DNA from: a bacterium
Lineage (GTDB): Bacteria > Margulisbacteria > WOR-1 > O2-12-FULL-45-9 > XYB2-FULL-48-7
Direction of reading: 5' to 3'
DNA length: 44,285 bases
Assembly: GCA_043812655.1 (NCBI GenBank)
Contig: JBDRLW010000024.1
Span: 1-44,285 of the forward strand
Shown here piece after piece: positions 35,555-44,285 of the stretch. The notes under the pieces were generated by a model, which did not search any database, was not told where the DNA came from, and worked only from the letters and a program-made list of their open reading frames with translations. The first letter of the stretch is position 1. Each line of letters starts with the position of its first letter. The translations under genes were made by a program, and so were the position numbers.

Positions 35555-35562
35555 AAAAAGGA

Positions 35563-35703
35563 GCCGGCGTGCCTGTTATCGCTTCCGGCAGCGTTTCCAC
35601 CAAAGAAGATATCAATAAACTCCGCACCATCCCTGGTGTCGATGGCTGTATCGTTGGTAAGGCTATCTACGAGGGCCTGCTGAAGCTCGCCGACGTTTTA
35701 TGA
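35563..35703 (+). pseudogene. Diverged tandem duplicate of the last 141 nt of hisA
   Basis: Aligns without gaps to 35414-35554; about 31 mismatches by hand count, mostly synonymous; encodes AGVPVIASGSVSTKEDINKLRTIPGVDGCIVGKAIYEGLLKLADVL*. Confidence 0.88.
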
Positions 35704-35725
35704 TCCCCTCTTCTTTTTCCCATCA

Positions 35726-35939
35726 CATTCGAGTAAATCCCCACACCAAAAACACTGCACAAAGGCATTCTTTTGGTGTGGGTGATAAATTCGTGAGAAT
35801 TAGCGAATCAATTCGTGATGACCATTCGCGTGATTCGTGTTCCGAAAAATTAGTGATCAAAAAAAGGGAGTGACGAGCCTGCTTGCCCGCCGTAGCCTTG
35901 ATGAGCCTGTTTTTCACCAAAACTGACAGCGGAGGCAGG
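35726..35939. repeat. Composite intergenic repeat cluster
   Basis: 12-bp stem CCCACACCAAAA (35740-51)/TTTTGGTGTGGG (35771-82); several ATTCG(T/C/A)G units; CCTGCTTGCCCGCCGTAGC...GCGGAGGCAGG (35878-35939). Confidence 0.65.
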
Positions 35940-35971
35940 TTTTTCGCCACTCCCAATATTTTAATAAATAT

Positions 35972-38900
35972 TTAAACGTTTTCGATTTCGCTTAAGAGCA
36001 CTCTACCAAAATCAGAATTATATAGAATAATCGCAGCCGTATTACCGTCAATAGTCTCCCCGTTACTGCCTAGCTTGTCTTGTGCATACTGTTGGTAAGC
36101 CGCTTTAACAGATTCCAGGTCGTTTTCATCAAATTCATATCCCTCAACCGCTAAAACACCGCAGAGCTCCACTGCCAAGCTGGGATATTTATCAAGGTCT
36201 GCCACCCTGATCTGCAGATTAAAGCCTTCTTTTAAGACGGCATCAAAGCTGAGTAAAGAGAGTGTCTGCCGATTTTCCGATAAGACTTTTTCTGCGGCCA
36301 GTTGGTGCTGATCTCCAATGACAGTTTCCGCGTTGTATTTTTCGGTTACCGGAACAGGCGACACCAAAGAATAATGAGTAAATTTGATCAGACCAGCCTG
36401 TCCAGGTATATCAGATGAATTTCGAGTTTGTTCTTCTGCCTTATGTTCCTGGGCAGTAATTGACAGTTCATAAACCGTTATTTGACCAATCGTCTCCCCA
36501 ACCGAATTATTGACCGGTTCTTTCCTTACACTAGCCAGGCTGATTTTCAAGTCGCGGCAGTCAGGATGAGCTAGTTTATAAGCACGGGCGGCTTCCAGCG
36601 CTTTGTCAAACAGTTCAGGGGTAAAATCCGAATCCTTGGGCACTTTGATTTCGGAAATGCCAAGCGCCGCGATTTCCGCGCCATTTTCTTTCATTTGTTG
36701 ATCAATATAAAACAACATCGCCTGCCCTTGCGAGATCTTTTGTTTTTTACCATCAATGGTTATTTCCAATCCTTTGTCATGGTCAAAGTAATCGGGATCT
36801 TTTTGACCTGTAGCCAAGACTATGCCCAAAGGCTGGGAAAGTGTCGTATAACCATTGGTTTCAAAATCAGTCCCAAACCTAGCCATCGTCTGGGTCAACC
36901 TTGCCGGTCCTCGAAAATCATCTATTTCCTCATCTAAATCGGTCCAAGACTGAATATGATCTAGCGCTTCATAACCAGCTAGTGTTACAGCAAAGCCAGC
37001 AACTGCTCCGGGTACACCCGCCCCCAAGAAGCCTCCTACCATAGCGCCAACTTTCATAGCTGCGGCACCTTTGGCGGCATTTAATGCCACGTTAGCTGCT
37101 GCCATTGAAGCTAATCGACCATTACCGCTTGCCAGGTCGCCCTTGTATTCATAAGCAGTAAGTAAAGCTGGGATAACAGCTGCGGCAGCGACTCCTGAGC
37201 TGTTGCCAAGACGGGTATATTTGGCCAAACCATTTTCCGCCGCTTTGAACGCTTTTATGATTGCGGCAGTAGCTGCCAATTCTTTTGCGGTTTCTTTTGA
37301 TACTAAGTCTTTCTTGTTCCTGATAAGAGTCATACCGTAGATCGCCAGGTTCTGCCAGTGTTTGCCCATGAATTTGCTTGCTCTGGCTTTAGCTTCAGGT
37401 GAAATTTTAGCCCTTTTCACCGCTTCCTCGGCTAACTTATAAGCATCTTTCGCTGCTCCAGAAAAAGCATCGGCACGTATGAATCCGGCATTTTGAGAGG
37501 CCGAAGATCTATTTAAATGTTTAGCAGCTTCCGCCTCCGCGACTAAAACTGGGTCAACAATAATTTTAGGTAGCGGAATTGGTTCAGCCGCTGGCTTCGG
37601 AACTTTGATCGGTTTCGGGACAGCTTCCGCAGCTGGTTTGGGAGTTTCAACTGGTTTACCTAACAGTCTGAGAGCTTCTTTTTCGACATATTCTACATAA
37701 GATTTGAAAGCCTCGCATTGTTCTGGAGTCCTTGCTGAACCATCTGCCTGTGTCCCTTTGCTGAAAATTCGTGTTGCTTCAGCTGGGCTTATTTCCCGAT
37801 TTCTTACTCGCTCCACTATTTGCTTTTCCATTTCTAAATTTATCTGCCATGAAGGTTTTTCACTAGGTTTAGCCGTTGATTCTTCGGGAGCTAGAGGCAT
37901 TGCCTCCACAACCGGTGTCGCTACTGGTTTTGAAACTGCCGGCGGCACAACAGGATTAGTTCCTGGATTAACAGGCGTTGCAGGCACTGAATTAAGTTCA
38001 GGCCCAGCTACGATCTTACCGGTGCTTTTAACCATAAAAGTATTATTATCTGCATAGGGGTGGACTAGGCTGGTAAATTGCCGCCACCATAGCCCCCGGC
38101 TAATTTTCCAAAAACCACGGCGGGCATTTTTTAAGGATCGTAAAAGTCCGGAATGACTGTTTGCTTCTGTTCCCAGCAAAAATTCAATTTCGGTAACGGA
38201 TAAACCAGCTTTAACGAAATTCTTCCGGGCTTTTTCCACAATCGGCGCTTCAAAATCTCTGGTCGCCCTGATCCACCAAAGACCTCTTTTGCCATACTTA
38301 GAGTTTAATTTATCAATTAGTTCTTTTTTAATAGCATGTTGCTTTCCGTTAATGACTAGGGTCCTTTCTCCGTTAGTATCAGCAAAAGAAACCACCGCCC
38401 CAGGAAAAACATGCGACAAAGCTTGCGCTGGTAATTTAACCGGCCACATCGCGGCACCGACTAGGCGATCGGCACCGATAGCAAAAACATTATCCGCGAC
38501 TCTAATCACATTTACAGGGAGTCTGACAGCTTTCCAACCCCAACTCCCATCAACTTTAGCTCTTTTATCAACTGCATCATATGCGTACCTAACTAAGTCA
38601 TATTTGCGCATGAAATCCCCACCCTTCTTCCCCAAAAAATTATCCCACGATTTGAAAGTATAACTTGCAACATGGTGAGATGCGATAAGCGCGCCAACAA
38701 ATTCCGGAATATCGCCCTCTCTAAGATATTTGATCGCTTGAAGATAAGAGATCAGCGGTAATTTCACAAAGGCCATACTGGCCGCCAATGTCATAATGGG
38801 AGCCTTGATCCAGGTATCAGTTGAGACCGGCTGGGTAAATTGATCAGTAATTGTCCTCAATGCCGCAATATCAACAATATTGCCCATCGAAAAATATAAA

Positions 38901-41900
38901 CCAAGATACCCGGAAAGAAAGCGTGGGCCTATGGTTGAAGGTTCGGCACGATACAAGGCAGACTTTTTAGTCCAGTTATCCTGGTTGGTTAAAATGGCTT
39001 TGGGCTCATCAATGAAAAACTCTTTTAACCCATCCGATACATTGCCACTAACAGCACTTAATTGCTGGGGGATCGAAGCTGTTTGCGGAGCATCCGGGTT
39101 ACCAACCTCAATTGAAGAACCGATCGGATTCCTGTTCCGGCCAAAGCCAAAGGCAAAAAGATCATCAAATATTTTATTAAGTTCTATAGTCGACCCGATG
39201 GCTCCATCGCCAACAATCTTGTCTCCTTGCCTAACTATTTCTCCCAACACGGCGCCCTCATTAAAATATGATTTTTTACTCAATTCCATCCGGCCACCGT
39301 TTTCATCGCAAAGTTTGATCAGCTGGTCAAAAACGGTATGGCCAGGATCGAACAAGTTAATATCTTTTGAAAACGGATTGGCCTGCAAATAGCCGTTGGG
39401 ATTAAGAATTATCTGTTCCTTTTTCACCGCTTCCGTAAAACGATGGAGAGCTTTTTCCAAGGCTGGTTTGGTCGTTTCTGCAGCAGCACCGCTATCCAGC
39501 AGTTTCTTGATGTTGTCTAGGTCAGCAATAAAAGCCTGGTAATGTTTACTTTCAACAGCCGGCTTAAGACAGAGATTTCGCTCGCCGCCGGCAAGATAGT
39601 CTTCCAATAGGTAAACGAAATAGACCGTAGAGAGAGGTGTATCACCTTTAGGTTCGTAGGAGTTCTCGCCCTGAAGACGCCCAAAATAAATACTTCCCCT
39701 GATCATGCCTTTTGGCAACCGGTCGCCTTTTTTAAAAGCTTTCCGGATAATTTCGCTCTTTAAGGAAGTTAAGAGATTTTCTGCGCCGATATCCTGGTAA
39801 TAACGCTGTAGGTTATCGCGAAAAGCCGCCAGGTCGCGGGAAACAACAATATCATCATCCTGCAAGGAATTAAAAACGGTTGGGACAGTATAATCTACTT
39901 CGCCAGTCGGGGCCAATATAGTTTTATTGATAAATTTCAGATAGCGACCCAAGTGAGACTTTTCATCCCTGCCAATGGTTTGGTTTAGCCAATTAGTAAA
40001 CACGCGCTGGGTTAGCGCGTCAGCTGACAGATCATCTTGAAGCGACATCGTATAGAACAGAACGGCAAGTTTGGCTTTCAGGTTGATGTCATTCGGAGTG
40101 TCGGCCGGTCCCGGGGTAAGCGAATAAAATCCCTCGAAAGCCGCATCCTCCAGTTTTTGGCCAAGAAAATATTCTACATCCGTCAAAGGAGCAATATTAT
40201 TCTTGAACACAGGATGAGGCAGAACCGATTCCGTAGCCTTTTCCGTTAATTGGCGAAAGAAATAATTACCGTTTCCAAGTCGGGCGGCAAGTCTTTCCAA
40301 AAATTCCCGGGGAAGTTTTTCGCTTTGGAAGTATCGGGTTTGCCGGTCTACTTGAAGGCCTCTTTCTTTCATGGCCTTTTGAATATTTAAGGAGACTTCA
40401 CCTTTATTTTTTCTGCTTACATCAAGCCATTGGGAAAGCAGGTCGGCAGCTTCGCATTTTGCGCTTCCTCCCCTTGAAGAAACTAGCGCATTAATGGCCG
40501 TTTCCAGAGTCGCTATACGGAGCTGAAGTTCAGATGTTTTTCCTGTTTTAACGGTAACATAAAGAGCCAAAAGGGACTTTAAATAATCAGAATCGGGGCT
40601 AGAGAGATTGGCCAGGTCGACCCCCAAACTACGGAAACCGTTTTCCAGGTTTTCGATCAAAACGTGCTTGCCATCTGATCCCAGAATTAAATTTCCATGC
40701 TGGTCAACAGACTGATAAATAGCTTTCAACAAAACTTGTTCGTGTAACTTGGCAAATAAAAATTGGGCTTTTTCCGGCTCAATTTGGGCTTTTATTCTAG
40801 CGACAACATTAACATCCTGTCCCAATCCCATCGGACTTTGGCCCTGAGTAACTACAGAAAGCACGGAATGGAATAAACTGGATAAGTTACTGTATTCTTG
40901 CAAGGTGTAGACAACTTCTTCCTGAAAACCTCTTTCTTCGCGGAGCTGATCAGAGGTAACAATTTTTGAAGCGGTAAAAACTGCCAGCTTGTTTAAAATC
41001 CCTTTAGGAAAATAAGGATTTTCCGGCTTCGGGTCAAGCGTCCGATTATTAAGCTTGGCCAGCAGTTCGGCGGTCAATTGGACCAGATTTTCCCGGCTCG
41101 CTTCATTTTGGATCCGATCTGCGGGTTCCCCCAGGGCTTGGGCCAAGCGTAAGGTATAAGATTTGATCTCATCCAAAGATTTTCCGGCATAAGCCTCATT
41201 TAAATTTTTTGCTATTTCCGTGAGGCTATTCTCTAGGGGTGAGAGGAATATCGAAACATTGGCTCCCGCACCGAAATAACCCTTTTCCAGGGCGCTGATA
41301 AATTCCAATAGGATTTTTGAATCTAATTCGCTTAAAGCATCTTCTCTAACTTCTATTTCGCCGTACAGTTGTGCAAGACCAACTTGGTGTTCTTTCATTT
41401 CTGGGGCTTTGATCATTTTTCTCAGGTAAGCTCTTTCTGTAAGAGATAAATATGACTGGCCGGCGGAAATGTCCTGCAACATCCGGCTAAATAACCTGAC
41501 ACCCAGAGAATCGGCCCCCTCTTTTTCTACCAGTTTATCTCTTATTGCCTTAAATTCAATTCCTTGGCTGTCATCGAGGCCGAGGACGAATAACTGCATT
41601 TGTTTGGGGGGCATATTCGGGTCGTCATTAACGGCATGCATGTTGTAAATTTCCCAAAGCCGGCTGACAGGAAGGTTTTGGGAGGCTAAAGTCCCTGTTC
41701 GGGATATTTGCATGGTTACCTTTCCCTTGCTTTGCTGGGCAGAATAAGTAAGGAGGATAAGACCGGGAGCTTTTTCCGCGATCTCTTCCACAAAAAACCG
41801 CTGGTTCACTACCTGATTGCCCTGAGCTCCTCCTTCGATCAGCACCAGCTCTTCATTAAGATAAGCAGTCGGTGAGATAAGAGCGTCGTTTTTCTCCAGA

Positions 41901-44285
41901 TGGGCGGCCGCGACTTGAATCTGAAAAATATTATTTTCAACCAGTGCAGGAGCAGCCTGATTCTTATCCGCCAGAGTGGTTATTTGTTTTAAGTTTGCGG
42001 CAAGATTGACCGTGTAAAGCGCCGTCAAAAAATCGTTAATGGCAGGCAAGTCCGCGGTAGTTGCAGTCTTAGTCCCGAAGAAAATATCCTGAAGCTGATC
42101 TTTCTTACCGGTAAGTTCAAGCGCGATCTGGATCAAGGTGGCGCTGCTCAAGTTCCTCTTCTGCAACAATTTGCCCAGGGGTGATTCTTTGATCGCTTGC
42201 GCAACGTTAAGATCATCGACGATCTGATCGCTTTGACGCATAGTTTCTTGGGTGGTCTTTTTTAGACGGTCAGCAAAGGATTGATCAAGAATGAGCTCCA
42301 TTGTGCCTTGTGTACTTGACACCCCAAGTTCTAGCTTAAAATAATTATTATCAGGGACCAACGCCATCGCCTCAGGTAAAGCGTTAATTACCGCTGTTGC
42401 CTCCGCTAAATTCCATTCAATCGATGTGTTTAATTGAAAAATAGCAGCAACAAAAAGATTGTTAACGCTGTCAAATTTATTAAACCCAACTTTTTCCGCC
42501 AGACGCCGCAGTCGATCGTTTTGGGTTGATTTATTTTCGATCAGGTTCCTGATTTCTGTAATCAGCGCCCTTTTATCACCCGCTGAAAGCTCATTAAATT
42601 TGCACAAAACATCAAGCAGCGCCTTAGCCTTGCTTTCCGCCTGATAGCGGCTGCTCATTTCATATGAGCCCAGTTTTTGATCTTTGACAATTATTAGGGA
42701 TAAAAGCTGCAGGAAAGCTTCTCTTTGTAGGCCATTCAAATTATGTTTTTGCATCAGAGAGCTCAACTGGTCGGACAGGTTTTTCGCGTCGGCGGCATTT
42801 TGCGCTATTTCCTCGGGAGTTTGGATCGGCCGTTTATCGTAAGACGCTTCCTGTTGAGCAACTACTTGGAGCTGAAAAGCACTATTGACCAGCATTTCCA
42901 TGCCAGATTTATTTACCTTCTGCAGATCAAAGGAGATCGGTAGCATCGCCAGAAGATATTGCAGACCTGAGTACGCTCGAGCTCTTTCAGCCGGCGGCAG
43001 AGACGAATTCCAGCTTATGGCTCCGTTTTTAAAATTTGCAGCCAATACTTTTTGGGGAGCAGAAGAGTCAGCGTTATCTCTGTCAACAGTATAAATGACG
43101 ACTTCCTGGATGTTTTTCTGTGCGGTATTATCAAATTTGATTTTAAATAAATAATTGTTTTTTCGGAAAAACTCCAGCCCGGCATCGACGTTTACTTTTT
43201 TAAGAGCAAGCAGACTTAAAAAAGCCGAATCAACCGCTTCATAGCGGGCAACATGCGGCAGCTGAGAAGGAGATAAAAACTCGATATCCCGCGAAGCCAC
43301 AGATTTATAAATCGTCTCATCAAGGTAAAGAGCGGTCTGGATGGCACGGGCTTCCGCGCTAAAAAATGGTTCCAGATATCCCTGCATTCTTTTGGCAGTG
43401 TAGTAATCGGCCGGAGAGACTTTTCCATAACTCTTTTCCCAACCACCCAGGCTAAACTGCCTTAGGATCGCTTTAAAACGCTCGGCGGCCAGAAACCTCG
43501 ATTCCGAAATGACCGCTTGTTTGAAAGTTACAATAAACAAAGGTTTTTTGTCTTCCTTACCTGAAAACGGTTGTTCGCTTACAATTATTCTTTTGGGATC
43601 TTCAAATGTTTCTTCAACTAGCTTTTTTTTCTCGGCTTCGGTCCTAACTACGACAGTATAACTGGCAATGCTCCCCTGTTTCATATAAGTTTCAAAAAGG
43701 TCCTTACTTAAAACAGATCGATCCCTAACCAGACCGAGCTGAGTTAAGTAACTGGCAAAAGTTTCGTCGTCAAATTTACCAAATACTACAATTTCATCAA
43801 AAGCTCTATCGATAAGGCCATGGTTAATAACGCTGATACTACTTTCTATGTCTGCTCCTTTAACACCGGGAACGTTTTCTTGTACCACTCCCCGAAGGGT
43901 GTGGAAGACAGCAGAATCAATGTAATTACCTTCAATGTCAAGTTTCCGGGTAACCAAAAATAATTCGACTGGTTTGCCATTAACTAACCGACTGCCTTTT
44001 TCTGCATAAAGCAAAACTTGGCCTTTATCAGCTGCATCAATCTTAAGTAAAGCCTTTAGCCGATTTGGCAGGTTTTTCCTTTCCGGGTTAATAATCAGGC
44101 GAGCTTGGCCGGCAGAGATCAGATCAAAATTGGTCTTGATCTGTTCCTGGAGAGAAGAAAGATTGGCCTTCATAGTATCACGCAAATACAACTGGGCTGC
44201 CAGCAAGTTGATCGCCAGCTCATAGAGCTTTTGGCTGTCACCTGCAAACGGCTTGATCTTTGCCAGGATTTGCTCGCGCAGTTGT
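35972..44285 (-). CDS. Giant hypothetical protein (>2770 aa; 5' end outside the window)
   Basis: The frame stays open from 44206 to the window edge (QLREQILAKIKPFAGDSQKLYELAIN...). No recognisable domain; Pro-rich linkers and Gly/Ala-rich hydrophobic helices near the C-terminus. Confidence 0.85.
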   Translation of the reverse strand, partial: QLREQILAKIKPFAGDSQKLYELAINLLAAQLYLRDTMKANLSSLQEQIKTNFDLISAGQARLIINPERKNLPNRLKALLKIDAADKGQVLLYAEKGSRLVNGKPVELFLVTRKLDIEGNYIDSAVFHTLRGVVQENVPGVKGADIESSISVINHGLIDRAFDEIVVFGKFDDETFASYLTQLGLVRDRSVLSKDLFETYMKQGSIASYTVVVRTEAEKKKLVEETFEDPKRIIVSEQPFSGKEDKKPLFIVTFKQAVISESRFLAAERFKAILRQFSLGGWEKSYGKVSPADYYTAKRMQGYLEPFFSAEARAIQTALYLDETIYKSVASRDIEFLSPSQLPHVARYEAVDSAFLSLLALKKVNVDAGLEFFRKNNYLFKIKFDNTAQKNIQEVVIYTVDRDNADSSAPQKVLAANFKNGAISWNSSLPPAERARAYSGLQYLLAMLPISFDLQKVNKSGMEMLVNSAFQLQVVAQQEASYDKRPIQTPEEIAQNAADAKNLSDQLSSLMQKHNLNGLQREAFLQLLSLIIVKDQKLGSYEMSSRYQAESKAKALLDVLCKFNELSAGDKRALITEIRNLIENKSTQNDRLRRLAEKVGFNKFDSVNNLFVAAIFQLNTSIEWNLAEATAVINALPEAMALVPDNNYFKLELGVSSTQGTMELILDQSFADRLKKTTQETMRQSDQIVDDLNVAQAIKESPLGKLLQKRNLSSATLIQIALELTGKKDQLQDIFFGTKTATTADLPAINDFLTALYTVNLAANLKQITTLADKNQAAPALVENNIFQIQVAAAHLEKNDALISPTAYLNEELVLIEGGAQGNQVVNQRFFVEEIAEKAPGLILLTYSAQQSKGKVTMQISRTGTLASQNLPVSRLWEIYNMHAVNDDPNMPPKQMQLFVLGLDDSQGIEFKAIRDKLVEKEGADSLGVRLFSRMLQDISAGQSYLSLTERAYLRKMIKAPEMKEHQVGLAQLYGEIEVREDALSELDSKILLEFISALEKGYFGAGANVSIFLSPLENSLTEIAKNLNEAYAGKSLDEIKSYTLRLAQALGEPADRIQNEASRENLVQLTAELLAKLNNRTLDPKPENPYFPKGILNKLAVFTASKIVTSDQLREERGFQEEVVYTLQEYSNLSSLFHSVLSVVTQGQSPMGLGQDVNVVARIKAQIEPEKAQFLFAKLHEQVLLKAIYQSVDQHGNLILGSDGKHVLIENLENGFRSLGVDLANLSSPDSDYLKSLLALYVTVKTGKTSELQLRIATLETAINALVSSRGGSAKCEAADLLSQWLDVSRKNKGEVSLNIQKAMKERGLQVDRQTRYFQSEKLPREFLERLAARLGNGNYFFRQLTEKATESVLPHPVFKNNIAPLTDVEYFLGQKLEDAAFEGFYSLTPGPADTPNDINLKAKLAVLFYTMSLQDDLSADALTQRVFTNWLNQTIGRDEKSHLGRYLKFINKTILAPTGEVDYTVPTVFNSLQDDDIVVSRDLAAFRDNLQRYYQDIGAENLLTSLKSEIIRKAFKKGDRLPKGMIRGSIYFGRLQGENSYEPKGDTPLSTVYFVYLLEDYLAGGERNLCLKPAVESKHYQAFIADLDNIKKLLDSGAAAETTKPALEKALHRFTEAVKKEQIILNPNGYLQANPFSKDINLFDPGHTVFDQLIKLCDENGGRMELSKKSYFNEGAVLGEIVRQGDKIVGDGAIGSTIELNKIFDDLFAFGFGRNRNPIGSSIEVGNPDAPQTASIPQQLSAVSGNVSDGLKEFFIDEPKAILTNQDNWTKKSALYRAEPSTIGPRFLSGYLGLYFSMGNIVDIAALRTITDQFTQPVSTDTWIKAPIMTLAASMAFVKLPLISYLQAIKYLREGDIPEFVGALIASHHVASYTFKSWDNFLGKKGGDFMRKYDLVRYAYDAVDKRAKVDGSWGWKAVRLPVNVIRVADNVFAIGADRLVGAAMWPVKLPAQALSHVFPGAVVSFADTNGERTLVINGKQHAIKKELIDKLNSKYGKRGLWWIRATRDFEAPIVEKARKNFVKAGLSVTEIEFLLGTEANSHSGLLRSLKNARRGFWKISRGLWWRQFTSLVHPYADNNTFMVKSTGKIVAGPELNSVPATPVNPGTNPVVPPAVSKPVATPVVEAMPLAPEESTAKPSEKPSWQINLEMEKQIVERVRNREISPAEATRIFSKGTQADGSARTPEQCEAFKSYVEYVEKEALRLLGKPVETPKPAAEAVPKPIKVPKPAAEPIPLPKIIVDPVLVAEAEAAKHLNRSSASQNAGFIRADAFSGAAKDAYKLAEEAVKRAKISPEAKARASKFMGKHWQNLAIYGMTLIRNKKDLVSKETAKELAATAAIIKAFKAAENGLAKYTRLGNSSGVAAAAVIPALLTAYEYKGDLASGNGRLASMAAANVALNAAKGAAAMKVGAMVGGFLGAGVPGAVAGFAVTLAGYEALDHIQSWTDLDEEIDDFRGPARLTQTMARFGTDFETNGYTTLSQPLGIVLATGQKDPDYFDHDKGLEITIDGKKQKISQGQAMLFYIDQQMKENGAEIAALGISEIKVPKDSDFTPELFDKALEAARAYKLAHPDCRDLKISLASVRKEPVNNSVGETIGQITVYELSITAQEHKAEEQTRNSSDIPGQAGLIKFTHYSLVSPVPVTEKYNAETVIGDQHQLAAEKVLSENRQTLSLLSFDAVLKEGFNLQIRVADLDKYPSLAVELCGVLAVEGYEFDENDLESVKAAYQQYAQDKLGSNGETIDGNTAAIILYNSDFGRVLLSEIENV

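Noticed and set aside
35414..35703. hisA duplicate as a DGR template/variable repeat pair, with the four-helix-bundle protein as Avd
   Set aside because: Mismatches are mostly third-position and involve all bases rather than adenines only; no reverse transcriptase is present in the window.
35723..35956. 77-aa minus-strand ORF
   Set aside because: Composed largely of palindromic repeats; no coding evidence.
44204..44206. Tracked start codon of the giant ORF
   Set aside because: The frame remains open to the window edge; the real start is upstream.

Overview
Bacterial chromosomal segment with three layers. (1) Housekeeping genes: alkD-like, udg, DUF362, pta, rfbB/rfbA, rph, coaD, rsmD, recG, rpmB, a tRNA-binding domain, rmuC, a UvrD-nuclease fusion, pyrR, three tRNAs, a ROK kinase, hisH and hisA. 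(2) A 15-gene minus-strand flagellar basal-body/export operon (flgF-flgG-flgA-flgH-flgI-flgJ'-fliA-flgB-flgC-fliE-fliF-fliG'-fliH-fliI-fliJ) that looks structurally reduced: FliG is only 152 aa, FliF apparently lacks the beta-collar, and FlgJ has no muramidase. (3) Orphan-like genes: a tandem GalT protein and three phosphodiester-glycosidase (NAGPA)-like proteins, all four behind a shared sigma-28-like promoter motif, plus a >2770-aa giant protein. The lineage is tentatively a non-photosynthetic relative of Cyanobacteria (e.g. Saganbacteria/Margulisbacteria); this is an inference from protein character, not a search. The window is rich in heptamer/palindromic repeats. One family brackets a four-helix-bundle gene and also encodes the signal peptides of FlgI, FlgA and, in a variant, FlgH. 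Two gene-3'-end duplications (rpmB, hisA) record integration or replacement events. No CRISPR array, integrase, transposase or reverse transcriptase was seen. All calls were made by eye without database searches.
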